Numbered from the stretch's first letter, positions 1-10,102 are shown. The stretch: 64,000 nt of DNA from an uncultured Verrucomicrobiae bacterium (GCA_963834385.1 CAWIBO010000002.1:96001-160000); one strand, 5' to 3'. Numbers and translations are program-made. The notes: generated from the letters alone by a model not told the origin.

Positions 1-560
1 ACGCCGGTCTGGGCCGCCAGCGCCCAGTAGCCGGCGCCGGCAAAGGCGAGGAGAATGGCTGCGGTCGAGCCCCCGGCAGCGGCCGCGAGGTTGATGGAGG
101 AGACGGCGCGAAAACGAAGGTCGCGTTTCATGACCGCCTCCGGGATGGTCGCGGTGCTCAGGACAAAGAAGGCACCGGTCAGGCCCAGGCCGACGGGAAT
201 GACGCGCGCCTCCCCAAAAAACCAGGCAAGCCCGAACGCGCCCGGAATCAACCCGAGCACAAGCAGCAGATTCAGGAGAAAGGCCCGGCGGAAAAGACGT
301 GTCCCCACGCTGGCGTCAAGGGCCGGGTCCTGCATGGCGGCGAAGTCGAGTCCGAACCCGCGCAAGGCCATCCCGAGCGCCACCAGGGGAATGGCCATGG
401 CCACGAGGCCGAAGTCGGCCGGCGTAAGCAGGCGCGCCAGCACCACCACGGTCAACGCCGAGACGAGGGCCGTGGCGGCCTGACTGGAAACCACGGCGAC
501 ACCGGAGCCAAAGGCCCGGCGTTCCAGGGAGAACCGCGAATGCTCAGGAGGGTGGGGCAT
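1..560 (-). CDS. Polysaccharide flippase, WzxC/PST-like (runs off the left edge; not in the ORF track)
   Basis: Manual translation from ATG at 560 gives ...LTVVVLARLLTPADFGLVAMA...GAGYWALAAQ, typical of PST-family flippases. Confidence 0.85.
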   Translation of the reverse strand, partial: MPHPPEHSRFSLERRAFGSGVAVVSSQAATALVSALTVVVLARLLTPADFGLVAMAIPLVALGMALRGFGLDFAAMQDPALDASVGTRLFRRAFLLNLLLVLGLIPGAFGLAWFFGEARVIPVGLGLTGAFFVLSTATIPEAVMKRDLRFRAVSSINLAAAAGGSTAAILLAFAGAGYWALAAQTG

Positions 561-714
561 GGGGAGGAATACGCCCGCCCATGCTTGGGCGGAAGACCGC
601 GCCCGGCAAACAGGAATTCAAAGATGTTCGCCGTCCGCACCGGCGGACTGGTTTCCGGGGTCGTTTTTTTCCTTTTGCATTCGCGCGCGTATTCCCGCAA
701 GACTTCCCGCACGG

Positions 715-1746
715 ATGAAAATCGCCCTTGATGCGATGGGAGGAGATTTCGGCCCGCCCAATCTGGTGGCGGGGGCCGTCATGGCGCTGCAAACCCATCC
801 CCAGATTAGCCGGCTCTTCCTCGTCGGGGACACCCCGAGCATCGAGGCGGAGCTGAAGAAGCACGGTTGCAACGACCGCCGGATCGAGATCACCCACAGC
901 ACCCAGGTGGTGGAAATGTCCGACCGGGCCGTCGAATCCGTCCGCCGCAAGAAGGACTCTTCCGTCAGCCGGGCCGTTGACCTGGTCAAGAAAGGGGAGG
1001 CCGACGCGATTGTCAGCGCGGGGCACACCGGGGCGGCCGTGGCTGCGACCACGATCAAGCTGCGCACCCTCCCGGGGATCGAACGTCCCGGCATCGCCTC
1101 GCTCATCCCGACGGAGCATAACGTTTTTGTCTTGATCGATGCCGGGGCCAACGTCGATGCGCGCCCGATTCATCTCCTGCAGTACGCCATCATGGGCTCG
1201 GTCTATTCCAAGCACGTGCTCGGTTACGCCAACCCGGCCATCGGGTTGATGTCGATCGGCGATGAGGACGTGAAAGGAACAGACTTCACCAAGGAGGTCT
1301 TCAAGATGCTCAAGCAGAGCAATCTCAATTTCCGCGGCAACATCGAGGGGCACGACCTTTTCGAGGACCCGGTCGAGGTGGTCCTCTGCGACGGTTTTGT
1401 CGGGAACGTGGTCCTGAAAACCTGCGAGTCGATCGCGCACGCCATCTTTCGCTGGCTCAAGCATGAGCTGAAGAAGAACCCGATGCGGCTGACCGGGGCG
1501 ATGATGGCCAAGGGGGCGTTCATGGCCATCCACAAGAAAACGAATTACGAGGAGTACGGCGGCAGCCCTTTGCTGGGGGTGAATGGCATTTGCATCATCG
1601 CGCACGGCTCCAGTACGCCGCTCGCGATCAAGAACGCCCTGCGCGTGGCGGCGGAGTCGATTGAACACCAGGTGAACCCGCATATCGTCGAGGAAGTCAC
1701 GCGCTATCATGAAAAGACAGCCCCGCTCGAGCCCGCGCTCGGTTAA
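715..1746 (+). CDS. plsX: Phosphate acyltransferase PlsX
   Basis: MKIALDAMGGD N-terminus, SAGHTGA, DAGAN, CDGFVGN and PLLGVNG motifs; lies upstream of fabH. Confidence 0.97.
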   Translation: MKIALDAMGGDFGPPNLVAGAVMALQTHPQISRLFLVGDTPSIEAELKKHGCNDRRIEITHSTQVVEMSDRAVESVRRKKDSSVSRAVDLVKKGEADAIVSAGHTGAAVAATTIKLRTLPGIERPGIASLIPTEHNVFVLIDAGANVDARPIHLLQYAIMGSVYSKHVLGYANPAIGLMSIGDEDVKGTDFTKEVFKMLKQSNLNFRGNIEGHDLFEDPVEVVLCDGFVGNVVLKTCESIAHAIFRWLKHELKKNPMRLTGAMMAKGAFMAIHKKTNYEEYGGSPLLGVNGICIIAHGSSTPLAIKNALRVAAESIEHQVNPHIVEEVTRYHEKTAPLEPALG

Positions 1747-2734
1747 GCCTCGCCGGACCGTCTCCATCGTTGGCACCGGCAGTTATGTGCCGGCCAGAAT
1801 CCTCTCGAACGAGGAGCTCTCCAAAATCGTCGAGACAACGGACGAATGGATCACCACTCGCACCGGGATCCGGGAACGCCGCATCGCCGCCGCCGGCGAG
1901 CACACCAGCGACATGGGAGCGAAGGCCGCCCAGGCCGCCATGGAACAGGCCGGTATCGACGCCGGGGAAATCGATCTCATCCTCGTGGCGACGGCCACGC
2001 CCGACATGGTTTTCCCCGCCACGGCCTGTTTCGTGCAAAAGAAGATCGGCGCCGTCAACGCCGCCTGCCTCGATGTTTCCGCCGCCTGTGCCGGTTTTCT
2101 ATTCGCGCTCGAGATCGCGCAGCAGTTCATCACCTCCCACACCTACGAGACCGTCCTCGTCATCGGCGCGGAGAAACTCAGCTCGATCACGAACTGGACC
2201 GATCGCAATACCTGCGTCCTCTTCGGGGACGGCGCCGGTGCCGCCCTTCTCAAACACCGCGGCCCCGGGACGCACGGCGTCATCAGCACCTACATCGGGA
2301 GCGACGGCCAGTATTCCGACATCCTCTTCATGCCGGGCGGCGGCTCGAGCTGCCCGATCACGCGGGAGAACGTCGACATGAACCTGCAAACGATCCACAT
2401 GAGCGGGAAGGACGTCTACAAGCAGGCGGTCACAGCGATGCTGAGCGCGTCCAAGAAGGCGCTCGACGATGCCGGCCTGACCATCGACGACATTGCCTGC
2501 ATTATCCCGCACCAGGCCAACCTGCGAATCATCGACGCCATCGCCGAGCGCCTCGGCATCGCGCGCGAGAAGGTGTTCGTGAACCTCGACCGTTACGGCA
2601 ACACCTCGGCGGCGGCGGTGGCGATTGCGCTGGACGAAGCCCACCGCGCGGGCCGGTTCAAGCCGGGCGACTACATCCTCATGGTGGTCTTCGGCGGCGG
2701 CCTCACCTGGGCCAGCACGGTGATTGAGTGGTAG
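1709..2734 (+). CDS. fabH: 3-oxoacyl-ACP synthase III
   Basis: WITTRTGIRERR, AACAGF (catalytic Cys), PHQAN, GNTSAA and FGGGLTW motifs. Confidence 0.97.
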   Translation: MKRQPRSSPRSVKPRRTVSIVGTGSYVPARILSNEELSKIVETTDEWITTRTGIRERRIAAAGEHTSDMGAKAAQAAMEQAGIDAGEIDLILVATATPDMVFPATACFVQKKIGAVNAACLDVSAACAGFLFALEIAQQFITSHTYETVLVIGAEKLSSITNWTDRNTCVLFGDGAGAALLKHRGPGTHGVISTYIGSDGQYSDILFMPGGGSSCPITRENVDMNLQTIHMSGKDVYKQAVTAMLSASKKALDDAGLTIDDIACIIPHQANLRIIDAIAERLGIAREKVFVNLDRYGNTSAAAVAIALDEAHRAGRFKPGDYILMVVFGGGLTWASTVIEW

Positions 2735-2843
2735 GGCCAACCCCCCGCGGGAGCGGAAAAATTCCTGACCCGCATTTTCCTCGTCTGCCGCGATAACAGG
2801 GTGGGAGGGCGATCCGTCCCACCCAGGCAACGGAGGAAACTGC

Positions 2844-3389
2844 ATGAATCCACTGAGACAGAATTCGTGGTCCCCCTACGTCGTTGGGGTTGCCATTGGC
2901 GTGCTGAGCTGGCTGGTCTTCCTCACCGCGGACCACCCTCTCGGGGTCTCAACCTCCTACGAGAACACGGCTGCCCTTTTGGATCAGGCGGTCGACCCCG
3001 CCGCGACTGCGAGCAATCCATACTTCCAGAAGAGACAGAGCGAAGGAAAGCCGCCCAGGATTGATTGGGAATGGATGCTGGTTGTCGGAATTTTCCTCGG
3101 CGCTTACGTCAGCGCCCGGCTCGGAAACGACCGGACGGAACAAAGTGTGCCGCCCCTTTGGCGCTGGCGTTTCGGTCCCGGCGTGGCCATGCGCTTCGCC
3201 GGGGCCTTCGCCGGCGGGGCCCTCATGATGTTTGGCGCGCGGCTGGCCCAGGGTTGCACCAGCGGACATGGGATCAGCGGGGCGCTTCAGCTGGCGCTCT
3301 CGAGCTGGATCTTCGTCGTTTTTCTCTTTCTCGGGGGGATATTCGGCGCCTTTGCGCTCTACGGGAAGGAGGGCCGGCATCATGTTTGA
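2844..3389 (+). CDS. YeeE/YedE family sulfur-compound transporter subunit
   Basis: WSPY..G..IG N-terminus, GARLAQGCTSGHG motif, hydrophobic helices. Confidence 0.9.
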   Translation: MNPLRQNSWSPYVVGVAIGVLSWLVFLTADHPLGVSTSYENTAALLDQAVDPAATASNPYFQKRQSEGKPPRIDWEWMLVVGIFLGAYVSARLGNDRTEQSVPPLWRWRFGPGVAMRFAGAFAGGALMMFGARLAQGCTSGHGISGALQLALSSWIFVVFLFLGGIFGAFALYGKEGRHHV

Positions 3390-3933
3390 TTCCCCGCAAA
3401 AACTTCTCCTCGGTCTGCTCTCCGGGGTTCTCTTCGGCATTTTGCTGCAAAAGGGCCGGGTCGCAAAATTTCGGGTGATCATTGGCCAGTTTCTGCTCAA
3501 AGACTGGACCGTCGCCAAAGTGATGCTGACGGCGGTGGCGGTCGGCGCCGCGGGAGTCTGGGCCATGTTCGCGCTTGGGTGGGTCACGCTCCACCTGAAA
3601 CCAGCTGCCTTCGGCGGTGTCGTTATCGGCGGCCTGCTTTTCGGCACCGGCATGGCTCTCTACGGCTACTGCCCGGGCACCGGGGTGGCTGCCTGCGGCG
3701 AAGGTCGGCGTGATGCCATGGTGGGGGTTGCCGGCATGCTCGTGGGTGCGCTCGTTTATGTCCTCGCCTATCCGGCTCTTCAGGGGCTGATCACCGGCTT
3801 TGGAGATTGGGGCAAGGTGACCGTTGCCGAGGTGACCGGGCTTTCCCCCTGGCTTTTCGTCAGTCTCATCGGCCTTGTCGCCGTCCTTGTCCGTCTTTTT
3901 TCCGGAAGGGGACCGACGTCCTCCCCTTCTTGA
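3382..3933 (+). CDS. YeeE/YedE family partner subunit
   Basis: GLLSGVLFGILLQKG and GYCPGT motifs; ATG at 3382 overlaps the end of the upstream gene. Confidence 0.9.
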   Translation: MFDSPQKLLLGLLSGVLFGILLQKGRVAKFRVIIGQFLLKDWTVAKVMLTAVAVGAAGVWAMFALGWVTLHLKPAAFGGVVIGGLLFGTGMALYGYCPGTGVAACGEGRRDAMVGVAGMLVGALVYVLAYPALQGLITGFGDWGKVTVAEVTGLSPWLFVSLIGLVAVLVRLFSGRGPTSSPS

Positions 3934-3946
3934 CGATTCTGAGGTT

Positions 3947-4321
3947 TTAGGGCGCGGCTTCCCGTCGGCGTGCGCGCTCGGGCCGCCGGAAATGGGATGA
4001 GCGCTCCGCCAGGTCCTTCGTCAGGCGGGAGCACATCAGGTCGCAGAGTTCGAGGATCTTTGGGTCAGATATGAAGTAAAACGCCTGCACCCCATGTTTG
4101 CGGCGCGCGATCATGCCGGCCTCCATCAGGATCCCGAGATGCTTGGAAACGTTGCCCTGGCTCAGTCCGGTCAGGCCGACGAGGGCGGAGACATTCTTCT
4201 CTCCCTGCTCAAGGGCGGCCAGGAGCGAGAGTCGGGCGGGCTGACTGAGGATCTGGAAGCGGCGAGCGACCAGCTGAAGGGCGCGCGGGGAAAGAGGGAG
4301 TTTTTTCTTTTTTGGCGGCAT
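3947..4321 (-). CDS. ArsR/SmtB family transcriptional repressor with C-terminal CxxxC
   Basis: LSQPARLSLL...SQGNVSKHLGIL winged HTH and LCDLMC; divergent from the sulfur operon. Confidence 0.92.
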   Translation of the reverse strand: MPPKKKKLPLSPRALQLVARRFQILSQPARLSLLAALEQGEKNVSALVGLTGLSQGNVSKHLGILMEAGMIARRKHGVQAFYFISDPKILELCDLMCSRLTKDLAERSSHFRRPERARRREAAP

Positions 4322-4349
4322 GACAAATGGAATGACTGTATTATACTAC

Positions 4350-4363
4350 TATATCGTGATATA
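4350..4363. promoter_or_regulatory. Candidate ArsR operator, TATATC-GT-GATATA
   Basis: Perfect 6-2-6 inverted repeat in an AT-rich patch between the divergent arsR and DUF6132 genes. Confidence 0.55.
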
Positions 4364-4403
4364 TGGGAAAGCCGTTTCGGTGGACCCCATCTTTTTTTAT
4401 CCC

Positions 4404-4697
4404 ATGAAATTTGTAAATCCTTTCACTCTTTCTCCCCTCTTTTCCGCTCTTTTAATCGGCGCTCTTCTCGGAAGCGCTCTCGGCTATTTCGGCCAGTGCA
4501 CCTCCGGCACCTGCCCGCTCACCTCCACCTGGTGGCGCGGCGCCCTTTACGGCGCCTTTCTCGGTCTCCTCTTTGGACTTAGCTCCCTGCGGGCACGTCC
4601 GGCACCTGAGGGCCAGGGCAATCCAGCAGGGAGGACGGCAGCGCCCGCTCCCGAACATGTTTTTCACACCCGCAAACCCTCGCCCCCCGGCGATTGA
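4404..4697 (+). CDS. Small membrane protein, DUF6132-like (CxxGxC)
   Basis: GQCTSGTCPLTS motif between two hydrophobic helices. Confidence 0.75.
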   Translation: MKFVNPFTLSPLFSALLIGALLGSALGYFGQCTSGTCPLTSTWWRGALYGAFLGLLFGLSSLRARPAPEGQGNPAGRTAAPAPEHVFHTRKPSPPGD

Positions 4698-4761
4698 AAA
4701 AGGGGAGCCGGGGAGCCCCGACTGCTGTCGTCTCCCTCCGCAAACGAAAGGAACTGATTAT

Positions 4762-6162
4762 ATGTCACTCATTTTTGAACGTATCCAGACCGACGGCATC
4801 GCCGAACTTTCCTATCTCGTCGGCGACGATAGCGAAGGCGTCGCGGCCGTTTTTGATCCCACCCCGGACGTCGACAAATACCTCGAGCTGGCGCGGGAGA
4901 ACAATCTCTCCATCACGCATGTCTTCGAGACGCATATCCACGCCGATCTCATGAGCGGCGCCCGCGAACTCTGCGCCCGGGTCGACTCCGCAAAGATTTA
5001 CGCCAGCCACGACGGGGGCGCGCGTTACGGGTTCGACACCGAGAAAGTAAAGGACGGCGATACCTTCACCCTCGGCAGCACCGTCATCACCGCCCGGCAC
5101 ACTCCGGGACATACGCCGGAGCACATGAGTTATGAACTGGCGGAGAAGGACCGCCCGAAGAAGCCCTGGGGCGTCCTGACCGGTGATTCCCTTTTCGTCA
5201 GTTCCGCCGGCCGGCCCGACCTGCTCGGGTCGAGCGAGACGGAGAAACTCGCCAAACAACAGTTCCATACCCTGCGCGATTATTTCATGAAGCTCTCGGA
5301 CAGCGTCATGATTCATCCCGCCCACGGGGCTGGTTCTCCTTGCGGCGCCGATATCGGCGACCGTCTCCAGAGCACGATCGGTTACGAGCGGGAAACAAAT
5401 CCCTTCCTGCAGTTTGATGACGTCAAGGAGTTCACCGACTACGCCCTGAGCACCGCCCCGCCGGTCCCGACCTATTATCCGCGGATGAAGAAGATCAACG
5501 CGAAGGGGCCGGAGATCATCGGCAACCTCCCGCGCGTGCCCGGTCTGCCGGCGAAGGCCTTCAAGGAGGCTGTCGGTCAGAAAGGCAACGTCCTCATCGA
5601 TACCCGGCACATGCTGGCGTTTGGCGGCGGCCACATCAAAGGCGCGCTGAACATCGGCGGCTCGCCCATGCTCTCCATCTGGGCGGGTTGGTTTCTCGAT
5701 CCGGACGACGGAATCCTGCTCGTTCTGGAGAAGGACAGCGGGCTCGAGACTATCGTGAAATATTTCATTCGGACCGGTTACACGAAGTTCGCCGGCTATT
5801 TGGTGGGCGGAATGAAATCCTGGGACAACGCCGGGTTCGACATCGAATCCGTTCCGCAGATGAGCGTGCACGAACTCAACTCGGCCGACGGCGAGATGCA
5901 GATCTTCGATGTCCGGACACCCGATGAGTGGAAAGAGGGGCACATTCCCGGGGCGCACCATCTGTTTCTTCCTGAGCTGCGGGAGAAGGCGGCGAAATTC
6001 GACAAGGCGAAGCCGACCGCGGTTTACTGCGCCAGCGGTTATCGCGCCAGTCTCGCCTCCAGCATGCTGAAGCAGGATGGGTTCGCGGAGGTGCGCAACA
6101 TTCCCGGGAGCTGGCAGGCTTGGAAGAAGGCCGGCTTCGAGGTGGAAGGGAAGATCAGCTGA
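4762..6162 (+). CDS. MBL-fold persulfide dioxygenase fused to rhodanese domains (CstB-like)
   Basis: ETHIHADL, HTPGHTPEH, TGDSLF, PAHGAGSPCG, C-terminal rhodanese YCASGYR. Confidence 0.9.
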   Translation: MSLIFERIQTDGIAELSYLVGDDSEGVAAVFDPTPDVDKYLELARENNLSITHVFETHIHADLMSGARELCARVDSAKIYASHDGGARYGFDTEKVKDGDTFTLGSTVITARHTPGHTPEHMSYELAEKDRPKKPWGVLTGDSLFVSSAGRPDLLGSSETEKLAKQQFHTLRDYFMKLSDSVMIHPAHGAGSPCGADIGDRLQSTIGYERETNPFLQFDDVKEFTDYALSTAPPVPTYYPRMKKINAKGPEIIGNLPRVPGLPAKAFKEAVGQKGNVLIDTRHMLAFGGGHIKGALNIGGSPMLSIWAGWFLDPDDGILLVLEKDSGLETIVKYFIRTGYTKFAGYLVGGMKSWDNAGFDIESVPQMSVHELNSADGEMQIFDVRTPDEWKEGHIPGAHHLFLPELREKAAKFDKAKPTAVYCASGYRASLASSMLKQDGFAEVRNIPGSWQAWKKAGFEVEGKIS

Positions 6163-6755
6163 TGAAACGCGTCTTCTTTTTCTTTCTGCTCCTGCTGCCG
6201 GTGGCGGCGCAGGCGCAGGGCGGCGAGCCGAGGGTCAATGCGCTGGAGTTCCCGGGCCCGGCCTGGTCTCCCTATCTGGTGGGGGCCGGGATTGGTGTCC
6301 TGAGCTGGTTCACCTTTTATTTTGCAAACAAACCGATCGGCGCTTCCTCCTTTTACGCCACAGTGGCGGGCGCCCTGGGCCGGCTTTTTGCCCCGCGACA
6401 CACCGATTCGCTCGATTATTACAAGGAGAACCCGCCGAAATTGGGGTGGGAAACCGTTCTGGTTCTCGCCACCATCCTGGGAGCTTTCCTTGCCGCGTCG
6501 ACCGGCGGCGAATTTCATAACCGCTGGCTGCCGCCCTTCTGGACAGCCCGGTTTGGCGAGGATTCCATGCTCCTGCGCGCGTTGGTCGGGTTTGGCGGCG
6601 GTCTCCTGATGGCTTTTGGCGCCCGCTTCGCCGGCGGTTGCACCAGCGGTCATGGAATCAGCGGGACCCTGCAGCTTAACGTCGCTTCCTGGATTGCCGT
6701 CATCTGCTTTTTCGTGGGCGGCATCCTCGTGGCTTATCCCCTCTACCTCCTATGA
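6162..6755 (+). CDS. YeeE/YedE family transporter subunit (second copy, with signal-peptide-like N-terminus)
   Basis: WSPYLVGAGIG and GARFAGGCTSGHG motifs. Confidence 0.9.
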   Translation: MKRVFFFFLLLLPVAAQAQGGEPRVNALEFPGPAWSPYLVGAGIGVLSWFTFYFANKPIGASSFYATVAGALGRLFAPRHTDSLDYYKENPPKLGWETVLVLATILGAFLAASTGGEFHNRWLPPFWTARFGEDSMLLRALVGFGGGLLMAFGARFAGGCTSGHGISGTLQLNVASWIAVICFFVGGILVAYPLYLL

Positions 6756-7342
6756 CTGACCCAGGCGCAGCCGTAAAAAAAGGGAGCGACAAGCCGGAAG
6801 CCCCGGTCGCGGCGCCCGGGAAGCTTCTGCTGGCGTTGGTCAGCGGTTTGGTCTTCGGGTTTCTCCTGCAAAAAGGAGGCGCGGCAAAATTCAACATTCT
6901 GGTCGGCCAGCTGCTCCTGCAGGACTGGACGGTGGCGAAGATTATGCTCTCCGCCATTGTCGTCGGGATGCTTGGCATCTACCCGATGCACCGGGCGGCC
7001 AAGGTGAATTTGCACCTGAAACCCACCCAGCTTTTCCCGAACATCGTGGGCGGCCTGGTCTTCGGGGCGGGTTTTGCCTTGATCGGTTATTGTCCTGGGA
7101 CGGCCGCGGCCGCGCTGGGACAGGGTAATTGGGATGTGCTCTTCGGGATGGCCGGTCTGGTGGTTGGGTCCTACTTCTACGCGGAGATGTCAGGCTGGTT
7201 GAAGACGAGCAAGACCTGGGGCGACTTTGGAAAGATCACCCTCGCTGACGTGATCAAGGTTCCGCGGTTGCCCTTTGCGCTTGTTTTTGCGCTCCTCCTC
7301 GCCGCCGGACTTTTCGCCCTCGAGAAGTTGACCGTCCGTTAG
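6752..7342 (+). CDS. YeeE/YedE family partner subunit (second copy)
   Basis: GLVFGFLLQKG and GYCPGT motifs. Confidence 0.9.
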   Translation: MTDPGAAVKKGSDKPEAPVAAPGKLLLALVSGLVFGFLLQKGGAAKFNILVGQLLLQDWTVAKIMLSAIVVGMLGIYPMHRAAKVNLHLKPTQLFPNIVGGLVFGAGFALIGYCPGTAAAALGQGNWDVLFGMAGLVVGSYFYAEMSGWLKTSKTWGDFGKITLADVIKVPRLPFALVFALLLAAGLFALEKLTVR

Positions 7343-7349
7343 CGCCGCG

Positions 7350-8105
7350 ATGGCCCTTGCGCTGGCATTGGCGGTCTTGATTGGGCTCTCGCTCGCCTTA
7401 CTTGGTGGCGGCGGGTCGATCATTACCGTGCCCGTTCTGGTTTACGCCGCCGGTTACTCGCCGCGGGAGGCCGTCCCCATGTCGCTCGCCATCGTCGGTG
7501 GAGTGAGCCTGCTGGGGACAATTCAGAAGGCAAGGCGTGGCCTGGTGCACTGGAAAGCCGCTGGAGCCTTTGGGGGCGCGGGCATTCCAGGCGCGCTTCT
7601 TGGCGCGCAGGCGACCGCCTTGGTTTCAGCACGCGCGCTTCTCCTAATCTTCGGTTTTCTCATGCTCGGTGTGGCCCTGCACATGTGGCGCCGACCCCAG
7701 GAACTGACGAGGCGCGATGTCGAATGCCGGATTACGCGTTGCCTGGCGGCCGGTTTCGGGGTCGGCGCCCTGACTGGTTTTCTCGGTGTCGGTGGCGGCT
7801 TCCTGCTCGTGCCTGCGCTGGCTTATTTCGCCCTGCTCCCCACGCCGATGGCGGTGGGAACTTCGCTCGCGATCATTGCGCTTAACGCCCTGGGGGGACT
7901 CGTCGGCCACTGGAACGTCACGGACGGCCAATGGGGCGGCCTTGGCTGGTTCCTCCTTGCGGCCGTCGCGGGCATGCTGGCGGGGCTGCCGCTTACGGCG
8001 CACGTCTCCGCGCGGCAATTAAATCGCGCCTTTGCTCTTTTCGTTGTGCTGGTCGCGTTCTTCGTCATCGGGCACACGTTCCTGCGCCCGGCAGCCGGTA
8101 TCTAA
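7350..8105 (+). CDS. Sulfite exporter TauE/SafE family
   Basis: LGGGGSIITVP and LGVGGGFLLVP duplicated motifs, AVGTSL. Confidence 0.92.
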   Translation: MALALALAVLIGLSLALLGGGGSIITVPVLVYAAGYSPREAVPMSLAIVGGVSLLGTIQKARRGLVHWKAAGAFGGAGIPGALLGAQATALVSARALLLIFGFLMLGVALHMWRRPQELTRRDVECRITRCLAAGFGVGALTGFLGVGGGFLLVPALAYFALLPTPMAVGTSLAIIALNALGGLVGHWNVTDGQWGGLGWFLLAAVAGMLAGLPLTAHVSARQLNRAFALFVVLVAFFVIGHTFLRPAAGI

Positions 8106-8124
8106 ACAACCACAAAGGAATCCC

Positions 8125-8568
8125 ATGAATGATCTGATGAAACTAAGTGACCGAATCACCATCGGCGGACAACCGGCCTCGACCGAAATCGAGGAACTGA
8201 AGCGCGAGGGTTTCCGCACGATTGTCAATCTGCGCGCCCCCGGGGAGGACGATCAGCCGATGAGCCCGGAGGAGGAAAGGAAGGCGGTTGAGGCGGCCGG
8301 AATGAACTATCTCCATTTCCCGGTCTCAGGCGCGACCATGGGCCCGGAAACGGTGGACGAGTTTCGGGAGAAACTCCCGGGCCTCGAAGGTCCGGTCCTG
8401 GTGCATTGCCATGCCGGGATGCGCGCGGGCGCCTTGAGCATGATGGCCGCAGCGGTCGAGCAGGGTTGGAGTGGCGAGGAGACGTTGCAAAAGGCCGAGG
8501 CCATGGGCTTCCGCTGCGAGGCGCCGCAGCTCCGGCAATTCGTCCGAAACTACGTCGACAATCATTGA
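8125..8568 (+). CDS. DUF442/Blh-type phosphatase-fold sulfurtransferase
   Basis: GFRTIVNLR and PVLVHCHAGMR (CxxGxR) motifs. Confidence 0.85.
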   Translation: MNDLMKLSDRITIGGQPASTEIEELKREGFRTIVNLRAPGEDDQPMSPEEERKAVEAAGMNYLHFPVSGATMGPETVDEFREKLPGLEGPVLVHCHAGMRAGALSMMAAAVEQGWSGEETLQKAEAMGFRCEAPQLRQFVRNYVDNH

Positions 8569-8581
8569 GCAAAAACGCCCC

Positions 8582-10102
8582 ATGCACTGGTGCCTCGCCT
8601 TTCTCTTCCTTGGCGTGCTCACGATGAGCGCGCGGAGCGAACCGCAGCGCGTTGTCCTGCTGCACACGAACGACATTCACGGGCATGTCACCGCGTGGCA
8701 TGGATGGGAGGGTGATCTGGCGGGCAAATCGGTCGGCGGGTTCGACCGGCTCGCGGCCGCGGTTGCCAAGGAACGCGCGGAAGCCGGTGCCGACGGCGTG
8801 CTCCTGCTCGACGCCGGCGACGCGATTGGGGACACCATGCTGGCCGATCTGACGCAGGGCACGGCGGTACTCGATGGGATGGCGGCGCTGCGTTACGACG
8901 CGATGGCGCTCGGCAACCACGAACCCGACTTTGGGGTGACGAAGCTGCGGCACTACATCGAGGAGGGGAAAGTGCCGTTGCTGGCGGCGAATGTGCGCCG
9001 GAACGGCGAAAGCCTCGCGCCGCCTTTCCGCGTCACGGAGGCCGGCGGGGTGAAAGTGGGCTTGCTCGCGCTCGCTTATCCCAACACCCCGCTGACGACT
9101 GCCTCGAAAAACGTGGAAGGCCTCGCCTGGGAAGAGGATTCGGCCGCAGTCGTCCGGCGGTTTCTGCCGACGATGCGGGCCCAGCACGCCCAGCTCATCG
9201 TCGTGCTGTCTCACCTCGGTCTCGGGGCCGACCAGAAACTTGCTGAAGCCGTCCCGGAGATTGACGTCATCGTTGGTGGCCATAGTCACAACCGGATGAA
9301 GCGCGCTCTCGTCGTCGGCTCGACTCTGATCGTGCAAGCCGGCGCGCACCTTTCCGATCTCGGCGTACTCGAGCTCGAAGTGGAGCAGGGCAAGGTCACG
9401 GCGCACAAGCGTCGGCTGATCCCGCTGACCGGTGCAGCCGACCCGGCGATGACGCGCCGGATCGAGGACATCAGAAAACCATTTGTCGCGCAGCTCGAGG
9501 AAACCCTGGGCGAAGCGACCGGGCCCATCGTGCGGGCACAAACACTGGCCGGTGATGAGGCGCGTAAACGCCACCAGCAGTCGCCAGCCGACTCGCTTTT
9601 TGCCGATATCGTTCGCGAACAAACCGGGAGCGAGATCGCGCTTCTACCCGGAGTCGGATATGGCGTGGCCCTGTCGGCCGGACCGATCACAGCCGAGGCG
9701 CTGCGGAATCTTCTGCCTCATGACGGCAGGATCGTGACCATGACCCTGACGGGGGCGCAGGTGCGCGAAATTCTCCAGCAGGCGGTCGAAAATACCTACA
9801 GCGAGGACCCGGGGCGGAAAGTGGGCGGGATGATCCAGGTGAGCGGTCTTACGTTTTCCCACGACAGCCGGCGGGTCCTGGAAGCGTCGCTGTCCTCCTC
9901 CCAAGTTTATCGCGTGGCCACCAATTCGATGCTCGCTGAAGGCGGCCATCGCTACGCAACTTTCCTTTCCGGAAAGAATGTGCAGAAGCACGGGTCCCAG
10001 TTTGAAATGATCGCCGCCTGGGTAAAAAAACAAAAAAAAGTGAACGCGCCCGGCGATACGCGCATCTCACTTGAATCCGGCCCAACCAAGGCCGCTGAAT
10101 AA
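8582..10102 (+). CDS. Secreted metallophosphoesterase/5'-nucleotidase family protein
   Basis: Signal peptide; HTNDIHG, DAGD, GNHE, LSHLG and GGHSH motifs; C-terminal 5'-NT domain. Confidence 0.9.
   Translation: MHWCLAFLFLGVLTMSARSEPQRVVLLHTNDIHGHVTAWHGWEGDLAGKSVGGFDRLAAAVAKERAEAGADGVLLLDAGDAIGDTMLADLTQGTAVLDGMAALRYDAMALGNHEPDFGVTKLRHYIEEGKVPLLAANVRRNGESLAPPFRVTEAGGVKVGLLALAYPNTPLTTASKNVEGLAWEEDSAAVVRRFLPTMRAQHAQLIVVLSHLGLGADQKLAEAVPEIDVIVGGHSHNRMKRALVVGSTLIVQAGAHLSDLGVLELEVEQGKVTAHKRRLIPLTGAADPAMTRRIEDIRKPFVAQLEETLGEATGPIVRAQTLAGDEARKRHQQSPADSLFADIVREQTGSEIALLPGVGYGVALSAGPITAEALRNLLPHDGRIVTMTLTGAQVREILQQAVENTYSEDPGRKVGGMIQVSGLTFSHDSRRVLEASLSSSQVYRVATNSMLAEGGHRYATFLSGKNVQKHGSQFEMIAAWVKKQKKVNAPGDTRISLESGPTKAAE

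Noticed and set aside
8582..10102. Calling the gene soxB
   Set aside because: The motifs are of the generic 5'-nucleotidase type and no soxYZ/AX genes are present; kept only as a hypothesis.
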